Below, in pieces: positions 13,191 to 25,860 of a stretch of DNA of 64,000 bases. Location of the stretch: NCBI GenBank assembly GCA_964106645.2, contig OZ067039.1. One strand, given 5' to 3'. The notes beneath the pieces are model-generated. The model saw only the letters and a list, made by a program, of their open reading frames with translations, had not been told where the DNA came from and searched no databases. Numbering within the stretch: the stretch's first letter is position 1; the number at the start of each line of letters is the position of its first letter. Position numbers and translations under genes: made by a program. This DNA comes from Podarcis pityusensis. Taxonomy: Eukaryota.

Positions 13191-13599
13191 TGGGATCATG
13201 TTGTGGAAGAGCAGCTCTCAAGCAGCAGGTAGTAAGTCTGAATAGCATCATAGCCAAGCTTACTTTTGTTGTTAGAGATATCACATTCAGCTGCCCCACA
13301 GAAAGTTACCTCCTCTCCCTGCTGACCATTTAATCCTCACCCACTGCTCCCCACAGTTACACTATGATGCTGAGCGGGGTGTTTCATTTTTTTGATGCAC
13401 TGTAGTAAGTCATGCTAGGTATAGTGGACATGTGCTGCATCTGATTGAGGCAAGGTTTGGGTCAAACTTCTAGAATATCCACCCTCCTGGGGTGCCAGGT
13501 TCCATGCAAAAGGCCCATGAGAGCACGGCATCTGCACAGTTACATCAATTGTGTTTTAAGGTTGGGACTTTAGGGCAAAGGGCAGGTAATTAGCAAATA

Positions 13600-14003
13600 A
13601 TAAAACCCAATTCAAAGTGCTGGATTTGACCTATAAAGCCTGAAATGGCTCTGAAAGGCAATATCTCAAGGACCAACTCTCCCCATATAAACCGTCCCAG
13701 ACACTGCAATCATCATCCAAGAGGGTGGCAATACAAGAATGGGCCTTTTCTACATTGGTTCCCCATTTGTGGAATGCTCTCCCCAGGGAGGCTCACCTTG
13801 CACTTTCACTATACATCTTCATGTGCCAGGTGAAAATGTTCCTCTTCAACCATGTCTTTGACCAATTAATATTCTACAGACTCTAAAGGGTGCTTGTGGG
13901 AGTGGGGCGGTTACTGTTTTTGTTTTAACTATTTATTTTGTGCTTCTATCCTGTATTTTTCTCTTGTGAAACGCCCTGAGATGAAGGGCAGTATATAAAT
14001 TTA
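13600..14003 (+). mobile_element. L2-clade LINE 3' fragment
   Basis: caattcaaagtgctg..acctataaagcc (QFKVL..TYKA), tgtggaatgctctcccc (LWNALP), and a tail gccctgag...gggcagtatataaat. Confidence 0.7.
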
Positions 14004-14065
14004 ATCTCTTCTTCTTCTTCCTCTTCTTCTTCTTCTTCACCGCTGTGTGGGGTAAACTCAAGGAA

Positions 14066-14260
14066 GACAGTCCTAGCTGAGTGGCAGAAAAACTACTCTG
14101 CATGCAGAAGAGCCCAGATTCAATTTCTGGTATCTTCAGATAGGGCTAGGAGAGACCCCTCTCTGGAATCCAGGAGAGACACTGTCAGTCGCTGTGGACA
14201 ATGCTGAGCTAGATAAACTAACAGTCTGACTTGGTATAAGGCAGTCTCTTAGGTTCCTAA
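14066..14260 (+). mobile_element. tRNA-derived SINE with CR1-like tail (Squam2/Anolis SINE2-like)
   Basis: A-box tagctgagtgg, B-box gattcaatttc, body gagctagat..tctgacttggtataaggcag, tail ggttccta. Confidence 0.75.
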
Positions 14261-14469
14261 GAGCAGCTTTTAAGCAGCTGGGGTAAGTCTTACTTTAATG
14301 CACAGCCTCCCTTTAGAAAATCATATGCACTAATGCATATGACCTGCTGGAACAGATATGCAATAATGTATGCAATAATGGGACAGGTATGCAATAATGC
14401 ATAGACCTGCTGGAATAGATATGCAAGCATGAGAAAATAAAACTGCTTCATGAAAGAGTCTATTCTCAC

Positions 14470-14596
14470 CTTTGTGCGCCTTGGTCTACTGTCACCCTGG
14501 GTTCCATTAGCAGTCCGACTCCAAAGACAGTCGTCCACATGCCTGTGATACTCTTTCCATGGCACCAGAGTCTTACAGAGGTAACACTTCTCATAC
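14470..14596 (-). CDS. UIMC1: UIMC1 exon with zinc finger 2 (EKCYLCKTLVPWKEYHRHVDDCL)
   Basis: Matches human EKCYLCKSLVPFREYQCHVDSCL. Acceptor ctggtag, donor gtgaga, 127 bp, phase 2 to 0. Confidence 0.96.
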
Positions 14597-17041
14597 CTAC
14601 CAGGCCAGAAGAGAAAGAATCACATTAGGATTCACTCTGCCTTGAGTGCTTTTTGCTTCTCCAAGCCATTCTGTGGCGAAGGCTTGTCAATGTGCACAGC
14701 AGGATGACCAATAAAACTGGCCTGATGCCAATCAAAAGGATGGAGTGATTAGTGGTTTTCCCCCAACTGCTTTTCTGTGTCCTGCTGCTGCAGCAGTGGG
14801 ATGGTAATGAAATCAGCTCCTCTAACTATCTCAAACAATGCCCGTTTCCCTTCAGACATAAAACACCCTGTCAACACAGCTGAAATGAAGTGTTATGCTT
14901 TTGGAAAAGGGAGTTACATTTTGCCTATGAAGCATACTATGTGCATTAAATCAGAGATATGTTTTCCTGAGTTTGAATGAACTCATCTAAACTTGCACAT
15001 CAAGTCTTCCAGGGCACCGACTGCATTTTAGACCTCGCAAGATTTAGAGGGGAGAACTGAGTGTCGGCCAATTTCCAGAAAATCTGGCAGAAATGTCATC
15101 CTCTCCCAGCTCCTTTCACTCCAACCTCCTAAACTGTGTGCACATGTTTCCGTGCTGTGAAACTGACTGTGCCCACCAAGCAGGAAGGACAGCTAGATCA
15201 CAAGAACAACATGAATGCAAGTGCAGAACTGGAAGAGGGTGCAGCTGCTGAACTGTGGGATCCTGAACTGGAACAGCTCAACAAGCCTCTGAAGAGCCCC
15301 CTCCATGCTAAATTCTGCAGTACTTTTCCATATTTTCTTTCCAGTCGTTGCTGATTACCAAGATAATGTGTCTAAACAGAAGCTGTCCTCTCTATAATTA
15401 GCCTAATTCCATTAGTGATGTTGCCATCCAGTGTTTGTAACAGCAAAATTACTTCCATGGCAGGGATTTTTACTGTCAGATCCTTTCTTATGATGCTGTG
15501 TGGGTGGGAGGGGGAGGAGGGGTGGCAGCAAGAAAGATTAAACAAAACCATCTCCATCTGAACAAAGTCTAATTTCATTAAGGATATCACTGCAGGTACC
15601 ATCCTTGCCAGCCTTCTTCATCAAGCATCTCTCTGACATGCAGATCTGCCACTCAAAGCTAACTCACTCTTTCAACAGCTACCTGCTCTTAGAGCTTGTC
15701 AACAGCCCAAGGTTCTGCTGCTTGCAGGGATTTGATATATGCTCACTTTAGCAACTGTAGCCAATGAATTATAACTAAATTGAAAGTTTTGTCCCAGGGC
15801 AAACAAACAAACAAAAAAAAATGCTGCTCAAGCTTTGTGGGGGCAATTTTCTACCACTATAGGATTTTGCTTGTCAGCCACTGTAATAGATTACTTTGAA
15901 AACAACAACAACACACAAAAGCAAACCTCAGAGCAATTGGAACCTGCTCATTTCCACCACAATGAAACACCATCATTACAGATTTGTGCAGTTGTACAAG
16001 CAATCCCCTCCAACACCTTGGTAGAAAATGGGCATACTTGTTGTATGATCTTTCTTTGAGACATGGAATGGAGGGAGAGGCAAAGCAGGGCGCAAGGAAA
16101 TGCAAGCTCAGATGAAACATGGCAGCCACAACAGGCAAGTACGGTGTTAGCACTTGAGTGGCAGCTCTATGTGGCTTTTTGCATAATGAAAATGGTTAGA
16201 AATTTTGACTTATTCATAATGGTTTGACTTGAACCATGCAAATGCAATCCCCAGTGGCACTGTCTGATTTCCAGATGATTTCACTGTATAGTGTACTGCA
16301 GATCACCAGCTGGTTGAATCAAAATGAACTCAGCCATGATCTGCCAAACATTTATAAAACTTAGATGCCAATCCTAGCATTTCATGATCCCTGTAGTGCT
16401 GAAACGGGCAACCTTTCTTCTGTCTAGGGCTGCACTCTCTCAGGAGTAATTTGTGTGTGTGGTGGGTGGGTGTCTGTGTGCAGAGCTGAAGACACCAAAT
16501 CAGATTGTCAGTTACCCCCTTTCCTCTCTCCTCTTCCTCTTCCTCCCTGCCCAAGAGATTGAATGTGACAAGGACAAAGAACCAAGGGCAGGGATCTGAA
16601 CATTCAGAACCAACCTTCATATCACCCACTGAGTTTTATGGGGGAAAGTATTGTTCCATGTGTGGCAATGGCTTTGGAGATGAATGGAAGGGTGGGAGAG
16701 CTGGGGAGAGCAAAGCGCTAAAACAGAGAGTAGCATATCAAAAGCGCCTCAGCAAAACTTGACAGAATACAAACAGAACACAGAGCCAGTCAAAAATAAG
16801 TGAAAGGGAAGCCAAAGGCAAAAACAGGTAAGAATCAGCTGGGCTTTCCTTTCACAGGAGTCTCTCAGATGCCAGAGTGAAGGATGGTGGAGGCAGGCAG
16901 TAATGCAATCACCTTCAAGCAGAGAGAGACAGTGCCAAAGCTCCATGGGCTGGTGCAGCAAAGGGACCCACAAATGGCCCCAAAGAGGGTCTTCAAAGGA
17001 AAGAGGGAAAAGTGCTGTAACATGGCAGAATATCTACTTAC

Positions 17042-17120
17042 CTGTCAGTGTCAGCGGGTTCTAACGACTCTTTGCAACTGGTGACTTTAGTCTTGGCTGC
17101 TCTCTGTCGTCGGGTTAACA
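17042..17120 (-). CDS. UIMC1: UIMC1 exon VLTRRQRAAKTKVTSCKESLEPADTD(R)
   Basis: Matches human VLTRRQKEAKTK. Acceptor gttttgaag, donor gtaagt, 79 bp, phase 1 to 2. Confidence 0.95.
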
Positions 17121-18169
17121 CTTCAAAACAAGAACAGAACAGTTGTTCCACCTCACTTCTTAAGAACCTGAGGAGGCTTGTCAAGAGTCCCAACAAAATA
17201 CACAGTGTGCATTTGGAAAGCATTTTCAAAGCTCTCCTACCCAGGCAGCACCAGTTCGTTTGGGGACATCACAGTGGGAAAAGTAAAAAAGAGGACTCTT
17301 TTTTTAATGGCCTAGTCTTTCCTACTGTGAAAGCTGCAGCTGTAAAGCTTCCGCCCAGAAAGAATATTTGCTAACTTCTTTGTCCTCCTGACATAATATA
17401 ACATAAAAAGATAATGACAGCAGCATTTAGATGTTACTTGCCTCAGCTGACATAAACACTTTTTTGAGCAAATAATGTATAGCTCAGTTTCAACATTCAC
17501 ATGGCCTCTGTTGGCAGCCTAAATAATTAAGCTAAAGAGCTGTTTCAATGCCTGAAATAAAGATTAGGTTTTCTTACTTGGCTGCACTACATAGAACCTA
17601 TATGGAAAACCACAAAACACAGGATTCCTGTATGTAGGTTTCAGGCTCTCCAGCTCTTCCAGAACCATGATTCAATCTGAGGAAGTGCAAGACCCTTGGG
17701 CTCAGTCAAGGCTTGGCTGGATAACCTCACTGAGTAAAGGTGAACACTATTACAGAGGCTTTCTATACACTGCATAGCTAAGCATTAAAAGTCTGGGAGG
17801 GAAGGGGGAAGGCTTGAACTGTGGGCAGGATTTGTTTATTCAGTGTGTAATCCAAAAATATCCTATTTCTATATTCAGAAAAAACCAGGCACATTTGCTT
17901 GCACTGACTTAAGGTGTATCGTCTATTTTGATTGCGATCCTGGTTGTTGTTTTTGGCAGACTTTGGAATCCTTTGGCAAAGATTCAGTAGCGGAAGGAGA
18001 AGATTGAGAATAAGGATGAAGATCCATAGGGGCAGAGGGGAAGACAGGTAGGCATTAACAAATGGCATAAATCTTTTGCCTATCACTGGTCACTAGACAT
18101 TCTGCTCATTTTGCTCTGTTCCATTTAGATTCCACACTTCCAGCTGAACTAACCATGTACTTTGAACCT

Positions 18170-18507
18170 GTAGAATTCAGGATGGATAAAATAAAGTACT
18201 CCTTCTTGCAGTACATAGTTAAAGTATGGAGCTCGCTCCCCCAGGATGGCCACCAACTTGGATGGCTTTAAAAGAGAACTTGGACAAATTCACAGAGCAG
18301 AGGACTATTGATGGCTAGGAGTCATGATGGCTATGCTATACCTCTACAGCTGGAGACAGCAATGCGTCTGAACACCAGTTGCTGAAACCATGGTTTCCAG
18401 TTTCTGCTCCCTGGTTTCCCACAGGCAACTGATTGGCCACTATGAGAACAGGATGCTGGACTAGATGGGCCATTGGTCTGATCCAGCTGGCTATTCTTAT
18501 GTTCTTA
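18170..18507 (+). mobile_element. CR1 LINE 3' end
   Basis: FR.DK.KY.F...VK.W.SLP..A..LDGFKR.LDKF-like remnant, with a 3' tail ttcttatgttctta. Confidence 0.75.
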
Positions 18508-20879
18508 GCACCCACGAGGACCAGGAACAACAAAACAAAAGGCAGATGCTAATTAAGCCAAATTTTACACTGCACTTAAGTACACATACATACAGCCCCT
18601 CAAACAATGGTTGACTTCTTTTTTTCAATCAGAACCGGTGATGAGGGTGACCCAAAAAATAAAAAAAAAAGTGCTATGTGTTTGTCAGCAAGCCCAGCCA
18701 AATGCTCCAGCTTTTCTTACCAAATATATATAAGGAGAAACTTAAAAGTGCTGTTCCATACAGCTGAATTCCTTTCAACATATTCCTGTTGACAGGCCAC
18801 CAGCTATGCTACTTGGGGAACATATCAGATATCCTCAGCCATTTCCACCAGGGTGCTGGAGTTTCTAATGCAGAAACAGATGTTGCTTTAAGCACTCTTG
18901 GGCAATTTAGTGGAGGGGACAGTGTATTAGAACACTTTTACAGCCTTGTATCAGATCTTCCTGTGCTCAATATTCTCATTAGGAGAAAGGTCTGAATCAG
19001 TGTTATAGGCACTATAAAACTGTTACTGTTTGCTCAACATCTGCTGTAAAGTGGGTGCCCACAGAGTTCAGACTAGAAAGATGCCTTATTGGTGCCAGAG
19101 CAGTCTGGGGCCTTGAAACATACATTTTTGCTCCACAGTTCTTTTGTCCCTGTTCCCTTGCTGGTTGCTATAATTGACTGGTTCATCTGCTACTTTTCAT
19201 GAGTGGATTTGCCCCAATATATATACTACAATGACCAGTGTGTAGTTTGTGCGCTCTCTGGGTTGAAGCTTGTGTTTGCAGAGGATTCTGGGGTGCCCAC
19301 TGTGTGTAAGACAGAGTGGATCTGCGCTCTCCCTCTCTCTCTTTTTGAAATGCTGACCAGTCAGTTATCAAAAGAGGGCACCCTTGTTTCCACCAGCCTG
19401 GCCTGGATATGAATCAGTGACCTGGGTGCATGAGGCTTCCATGCCCTGCTGTTAATCCCCGAGTCACCTGACGCTCCCAAAGGCTTTTTCACAAGCTCGT
19501 TTGCAGCAAAAGCATATCAGATATCTAAGCCAGTGCACAGTTGTTAATATTCCTGTAACAGTCTTTCTCAGAGTGCCTTGTGCACAGCTCAGGTGTTAAT
19601 CAGTGCTATTTTTTTCCAAGAGAAAGGAACACATCTGGCACAGCAATCCTGCTAGAAACCTTTGGGACTGGGGCTACAGAAACACCAGAAAAGACCTGGT
19701 GTGACAGCTGTGCTGCCAAGAGCAGCAAGAGAAAGTGCAGGGGTGGCATCACCGGTTGGCTCAGCCCGTCACAGGTGAGCTGGCCTGCTCCCGTTCCAAA
19801 CGCTCAACCCAAGAGTGCTATTGCCGGATTGCGCCAGCAGAGCTCAACTCCAGCAGAGATAGCAAGCCTAGAACAAGGTTCCCAAGGAGGAAGCTTAGTG
19901 GGGGGAAATCTTAACAGAAGCTACAAGATAAATCTCCTCTTAGAGCAAGAAAAGGAGTGGGCAAGCATGCCTCTCAGCCATCTATACAAAATGAGCACAG
20001 CATCTCCCCTCAAAACATGCTGAGCTAAGTCAGACATGTTCGCAATGCTCATTGTAGTCAAATTAAAACTTTATCAGCTTCAGATTTCTTCTTGTCAGTA
20101 CAAAAGAACCTTGGCATCCTCCTGACTTCTCTAGATATCATCTAAACCATTTTTTTTTGGTGAGTGTGTGTGTGTGCATTCCACATTGCCTAGGCTTTTC
20201 TGTCCATACTGAGATGGTCCAGGAGCTCAAGGCAGCACATCACAGTAAGAATACACCTTGAGGAGTTGATACGCAGCTCCCCTGCAGCGATTTGCATAAC
20301 TTGATGGGTTTCTGAGGATTCCAGCATTCTTTTCTTTAAAAAATTGTGTACATTTTGAGCTCTTTTGGTTGCTATGAAACTTGACAGCTCAAACTGCTTC
20401 CTGAGTTATAGAAAAAGATAGATCTTCCAATATGGCCTTGGGCAAATCATATAACTGCAATGATTTCCCATGACCTTACCTCCTTGAAAGTACATCATCT
20501 TATTACTTAAGAGTTACAGGTGATCTCTTGGAAATCACCTTCAGATTTGAGGAAACAAGAAACCACAAGCAGAGAACTAAATATTGTCTCAGGGTCTGCA
20601 TAGCGATTTTGAGGGAGCCAGCAGTCAGGGGCACAGCAAACAGACAACAGGACTCCTGTAATCCACACTGCAGCTGCATGCAGTCTGTGCTAGTCACCTG
20701 CCTATCCACAGTGCAGAGAGAATGGTCAGGGAGCTAACTTAAGTGATGCAACCCACACCACCCAAGAAATGCAGAGCAACTTTCCATTCCTACTTTCTTA
20801 ACAACTTGGGACCAGTTTACACATGAGATCGCCTTACCCTACATGTTTCCACTCAACCACTTCGGCCAGAGGAATTGGC

Positions 20880-21195
20880 ACTACTACAGGCGCCACGTAA
20901 AACATTGGTAAGAACTCAATTGTTAAGTGTGCCATCACCTGAACTCTGAAACTCCCTGCCTATTGAGATCAAGCAGGTGCCTTCACTGTACTACGTTTTC
21001 GGGCAGTTGCTTAAAATATTCCTCTCTAGACAAGCCCACCAGATGCTTAGAAAGTTGAGGTAATTTTAATCTGCTTTAGTATTGTGACTTCTGTATGTTT
21101 TAAAGCAGGGTTGTAAATTTTTCTTACCATTTTATCTTTTGGGTTTTTTTAACAATCTACTGGTGTATAAATGTTATATAATAATCTATAAATAA
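20880..21195 (+). mobile_element. L2-clade 3' fragment
   Basis: ctctgaaactccctgcctattgagatcaagcagg (LWNSLP.EI.Q-like) followed by the same 3'UTR type as the L2 at 22790. Confidence 0.5.
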
Positions 21196-22204
21196 TACTT
21201 TCTCTGAGATTCCTCTCTGCACGACTATTTCTATGATAAAGCACTACAGCCAAGAGTGCAAGAAATCCCTCAGAAGATACCCTTTGGCCGAGAAGTGGAT
21301 CCTTTTGGTTCAGCATATTTTCCTAGCATCAAAACCGAGTATAGCTCACATCCTTTACAACTATTGGGGAACCATAAACGAAACAGATTATATCAAGTGT
21401 CTAGGAATACTGCTTACATTTTGCAGCAGACTTCCTATTGCCTTTATCTAGGGCTTCCTCCCCACCCCGCTAAATATCTATTCTCGTTTACCAGCCATGC
21501 TATTTTTTGTGCGAAGGATCCTATTAATGGAAATAATTTATTGTACGTTGGCCCTTCCAAGAAGTGATGAAGCTTTTCCCTGCGCCAGTTCTGTTACTTT
21601 TTTATGCTGCATCAGTGCCACTTCTCTCAGTGTTGAAGCTTTATTAAAAAAAGCAGCACCAGCACCAGCATGGCTGCAGCTCAGAAAACTGAAGACTGTG
21701 TCACTCTGTGCACCTGAGTTGTGGCTGCAGGAAGAAAAAGAATGGTACCCTGCCTTGACCTATTATAGAGCTGGACAGCTTTAGCTTTGTGGTCACTGCG
21801 GCGGAGGAATAAAGCTGGAGGGCATGTTGAGAACAAAAAGGCTTGGGGAAGGTAACAGCCAGTCTGTTGCAATGTTCCTGTCTGAACAGTCCTTGGAAAT
21901 ATCTGCAGATTGGAAGGGAAATGAAAGGCTTCTTTCTGTTTTATACCGAGGCTGGGGCAAGGCATCAGGGGGTCTGAAAGGGAAAACTGCAGCTGTGAGC
22001 CCTAAGTGTCTTGCTCTCTGCCCCAAGGGGGAGCTTGCCCAAGGGGGAGCTACTGGCCTGCACTTTGCTGCACTTCAGCATCACTACAAATGCTCAGAGA
22101 GAAGAGCAAGACTAACACACTTGCTGCCCCAAATGGAGAAACAAATGGTGCCTGCCCACACCTTACCAGGCAAACACTTTAAGAGGACTTACTGCACCGT
22201 TCAT

Positions 22205-22557
22205 GGGACGCGGGTGGCGCTGTGGGTAAAACCTCAGTGCCTAGGACTTGCTGATCGTAAGGTCGGCGGTTCGAATCCCTGCGGCGGGGTGAGCTCCCGT
22301 TGTTCGGTCCCAGCTCCTGCCCACCTAGCAGTTCGAAAGCACCCTTAAGTGCAAGTAGATAAATAGGTACCGCTTTATAGCGGGAAGGTAACGACGTTTC
22401 CGTGTGCGGCGCTGGCTCGCCAGCTGCAGCCTCGTCACGCTGCCCACGTGACCCGGAAGTGTCTTCGGACGGCGCCGGCTCCCGGCCTCTTAAGCGAGAT
22501 GAGCACGCAACCCTAGAGTCGGACACGACTGGCCCGTACGGGCAGGGGTACCTTTAC
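22205..22557 (+). mobile_element. Full-length young Sauria SINE
   Basis: Head GGGACGCGGGTGGCGCTGTGG, B-box GGTTCGAATCC, BovB-like tail gagtcggacacgact, ACCTTT tail. Perfect 16-bp TSD CTTACTGCACCGTTCA at 22188-22203 and 22558-22573. Confidence 0.93.
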
Positions 22558-22581
22558 CTTACTGCACCGTTCAGATATTTA

Positions 22582-22785
22582 CAGTGGTACCTTGGTTCTC
22601 AAACGTAATCCGTTTTGGAAGTCTGTTCGACTTCTGAAAGGTTCAAAAACCAAGTATCCGACAGCCACATCGGATGTTCAGCTTCCGAAAAACGTTCAAA
22701 AACCAGAACACTTACTTCCGGGTTTTTGGCATTCAGGAGCCGATTTGTTTGTCAACTAAGCCATTTGAGAACCAAGGTTCCACTG
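22582..22785. mobile_element. Tc1/mariner-pogo-type MITE
   Basis: 22-bp TIRs CAGTGG(T/A)ACCTTGGTTCTCAAA (21/22 match) flanked by TA on both sides. Confidence 0.9.
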
Positions 22786-22972
22786 TATTTTATTTCATAA
22801 AATGTATACATAGGATTGTTTTTTTAAATAAAAAAACCTTCAAAGCCGCTTACAGAAAGATAAAGCAAGAAAATCAAGGAAAAAATTACAATCCTACTTT
22901 AAAATATGCAAAAGTTATAATACTAAAATAGATAAAAATTACCTCAATTTTTCTAAGTACCTAGGTAGGCTT

Positions 22973-23964
22973 TGTTAGGAGCATCCTACTCTTGTGTAGA
23001 ACCCCAGCAGAGACACATGCCTGACTGGCATGTTCTCTCCCTCCTGGTCGGTCGGGAGCTTCAAGAGCTTTCTCCAACCCGAACATCACAGCGACTGATG
23101 CCTTGGAGACATCAGCACACTTAGGGATCCGAAGAGTCTTCGCAGTTTGTGTAACAGAACCAATAGCACAGCATTTTGGCTAATCTACTTTATTTACATA
23201 TAATACACTTGGAGCATTCTGACTTAGCTCCTTCCTCTTTCTCATCAGACAGCGAAGAGAGAAAGAACAAAAGACAATAGTACCACCTCACGGAACACAG
23301 TAATACCAAAACATCCTGTCTCCGTCACTTCCACAAGGTGGAATGAAAACATACACTGTCATGTGATAGACAACAATCCCATGACTGCAGACGCAGAGAA
23401 TGAATCTCCAACATCCTCCCCCGATTCATGAGTGTAACTGCAACAAACATACAGATGTCATGCACACAGTATACCCCTGTATCATCTGTTCCACCTTTGG
23501 AACTACCTGCAACTGGATTGGCCTGGGGCCATACCATCTCATACTTCTGACTAGTCTTGGCGTCATAGCTCTCCTGACTATCAAGAAGTTTCACACCTGG
23601 CTTTGTTGGGACTCGAACCCTAGTCTCGTTCCTCTCTGAGGAATCAGTGATGGCACACACGGCCTTTGGATGTGGTCCAGCTTCCTTGTCCAAGGAAACA
23701 GTGTCCAGTCCAAGGAAACAGCATTTTGGCTAATCTACGTTATTTACATATAATACACTCGGAGCATTCTGACTTAGCTCCTTCCTCTTTCTCATCAGAC
23801 AGCAAAGAGAGAAAGAACAAAAGACAATAGTACCACTTCACGGAACACAGTAATACCAAAACATCCTGTCTCCGTCACTTCTCACACTGTGGAATGAAAA
23901 CATACACCGTCATGGGATAGACAACAATCCCATGACTGCAGACACGGGGAATGAATCTACAACA
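22973..23964 (-). mobile_element. Internally deleted LTR retrotransposon (Copia/BEL-like termini) inserted in an L2
   Basis: Complete 3' LTR 23413-22973 (TGTTGG...CCTAACA, contains AATAAA) preceded by the polypurine tract GGGGGAGGA. Partial 5' LTR 23964-23718. 5-bp TSD GGCTT at 22968-22972 and 23965-23969. Confidence 0.9.
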
Positions 23965-24520
23965 GGCTTGTCTAAACAAGAATGTTTTTAGTAGGTGTCA
24001 AAGAAAACACAGTGAAGAAACTTGTTTGATGTCAATAGGCAGGGAGTTCCAAAGTGCATACACTGCCACACTAAATGACTGAGTTCTCATGAATGTAGAA
24101 CAGATATTAAGTGGCACCTGTATGTTCCACCAATTGAAGCAGTCAAGTGGGCACATATAAGGTAAGGCAATCGTGTAAGTAAACTGGTCCCAAGTTGTTC
24201 AGGGTTTTATATACTAATAGTAACACCTTGAACTTGGTTTGGTAGCAAATTGGCAACCAGTGCCAATCTCTGAGCACGGGCCTTGTATGCTGACAAGGCC
24301 TCACTCCGGTCAGCAATTGTGCTGCAGCATTCTGCACTAACTGCAGCTTCTGAATCAAGCATGAGGGAAGCCCCGCATAGAATGCACTGCAGTAATCCAG
24401 TCTAGAAGTAACCAATGCATGAACTAGTGTGGCAAGGCTTTCCTAGTCCAGGATCAGCCATAGATATCAAACAAGTTACAGTTGGGAAATAATGCTTCTA
24501 GCCACTGAGGCTTCCTGAGT
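23965..24520 (-). mobile_element. L2-clade LINE ORF2 C-terminal fragment (its tail continues at about 22790-22972)
   Basis: VTSRLDYCSAFYAGLP...KLQLVQNAAA.LLTG....H..PVLR..HWLP....FKVLLLVYK.LNNLGP.YL is a typical L2/CR1-group RT C-terminal sequence. Confidence 0.9.
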
Positions 24521-25464
24521 GGCAGAGTTGGATCCAGAACATTAGTTCCTGCCTGCCCTCATCTATTTCCACATGATAGGTGCTTTGCCCTGCTAAATCG
24601 AAGGGCCATTCATGTCCAAGGGTGGAACTGCAGCTACCTGATCAGCAGAGGCCAAGTCGCACAAGGGGCTAACTGAGCCCCACCTGGTCCTGTAAGGCTG
24701 CTGACTCCAGCCTGGCTGCTCAGTTTGAGCATTTCTTTTTACCAAGCACAGACTATGCTGTCAGGTGGTTTATTCTGGTACACCTGCTTTGCTGTCTGCT
24801 TCCCAGCTTGCCTGCAGGCTTGATGAATTGCAATAGTGTCTATGAAGGTGCTCTGCATGTTTCCTAAATATAGATTCCAGATAGACTTGCCATAGAATAA
24901 ATGGGTCAGCTTAGGGCAACATCTCCAAACAACTTAAATGGGCAACCGTGCCTGTGCTCTGAGCCACAGCAACAGTGTGCAGACAAAAGACATACAGCTG
25001 CAACTAGTGAACAAATGGCTCTAAGTATCATCCAAGCTGAAACAGCTTCTTTAGGTTACAAGCTTTAAACAAGAGCCAGCAAATTTACCCTAAGAAGTAA
25101 CAGAACTGTAGACGGATGGCCACAGAGGTTCCTTTATAATAGAAAACACTGAAAGATGATAAGAGTTTATATAGTACCAGAGATCTCTGGAGTAAATCCA
25201 ATTAAGAGGTCCTGAAAGTGGATCACTGACCCTTAAGCCAACAGAACGGAAGAACTACAGCAGCCCTCTTGAAGCAAATCAAGAGGGAGGATGGTGCACA
25301 GAGCTTTGATTTTCTCCCACACTGTGCTACTGGCCTGATCACAGGGCAGCCAAATATGAGCATGTAATTCTGAAGGAACTAATCAAGTGGCGGGGATGCA
25401 AAACAAAGAATACCAGTCAAGCTCAGTTCGGCAAGCTTCAGGCAAGGCTGTGCCAGCTTTTCAG

Positions 25465-25656
25465 GGAACATAAGAAGCTGCCTTGTACAGAGTCAGATCA
25501 CTGGTCCATCTTGATCAATATTGTCTTCCCTGACAGGCAGCTGCTCTCCAGGGGTTCAGGCAGGGAGCCTCTCCCAACTCGACCTGGAGATGCAGGGGAT
25601 TGAACTCGGGACCTTTTGTTTTGCAAGGCAGATGCTCTACCACTGAGCTATGGCTC
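25465..25656 (-). mobile_element. Squam2-like tRNA-derived SINE
   Basis: Minus strand tagctcagtggtagagcatctgc...gagttcaatcccc...gcttcttatgttcc. Confidence 0.85.
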
Positions 25657-25767
25657 TATGAAGGCGCCCCAAGTAACTTCATAGATGTAAGCTTACTGGG
25701 ATGGAGGAATCCCAGCCCCCCGCATCCTCAGCTATTCCATGAAGATTCCGATTTACCAGATTACAGA

Positions 25768-25860
25768 TACAGGTGACTCCCCACTTACGCGTGGGTTATG
25801 TCCCCGTGCCCCGCATCCATAAGTGGAAATGGCATAAGTGAGGAAGCACCCCCTGAACAT
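25768..25860. mobile_element. Tigger/pogo-like DNA transposon terminal fragment
   Basis: TA-CAGGTGACTCCCCACTTACGCG terminus with an internal sub-terminal inverted ataagtgg motif. The other end was not found. Confidence 0.4.

Noticed and set aside
22205-22285. tRNA-like sequence with A and B boxes (also at 25600-25650 and 52403-52475)
   Set aside because: These are SINE heads continuing into SINE bodies and tails, not tRNA genes.
23325-23693. 122-aa ORF in the LTR element
   Set aside because: It has a non-ATG start at the deletion junction, runs through the PPT into the LTR, and shows no gag, pol or env motif.
23168-23964. Approximately 245-bp direct repeat as a segmental duplication or assembly error
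   Set aside because: Explained by the two LTRs, which have a TSD, a PPT and about 5% divergence.
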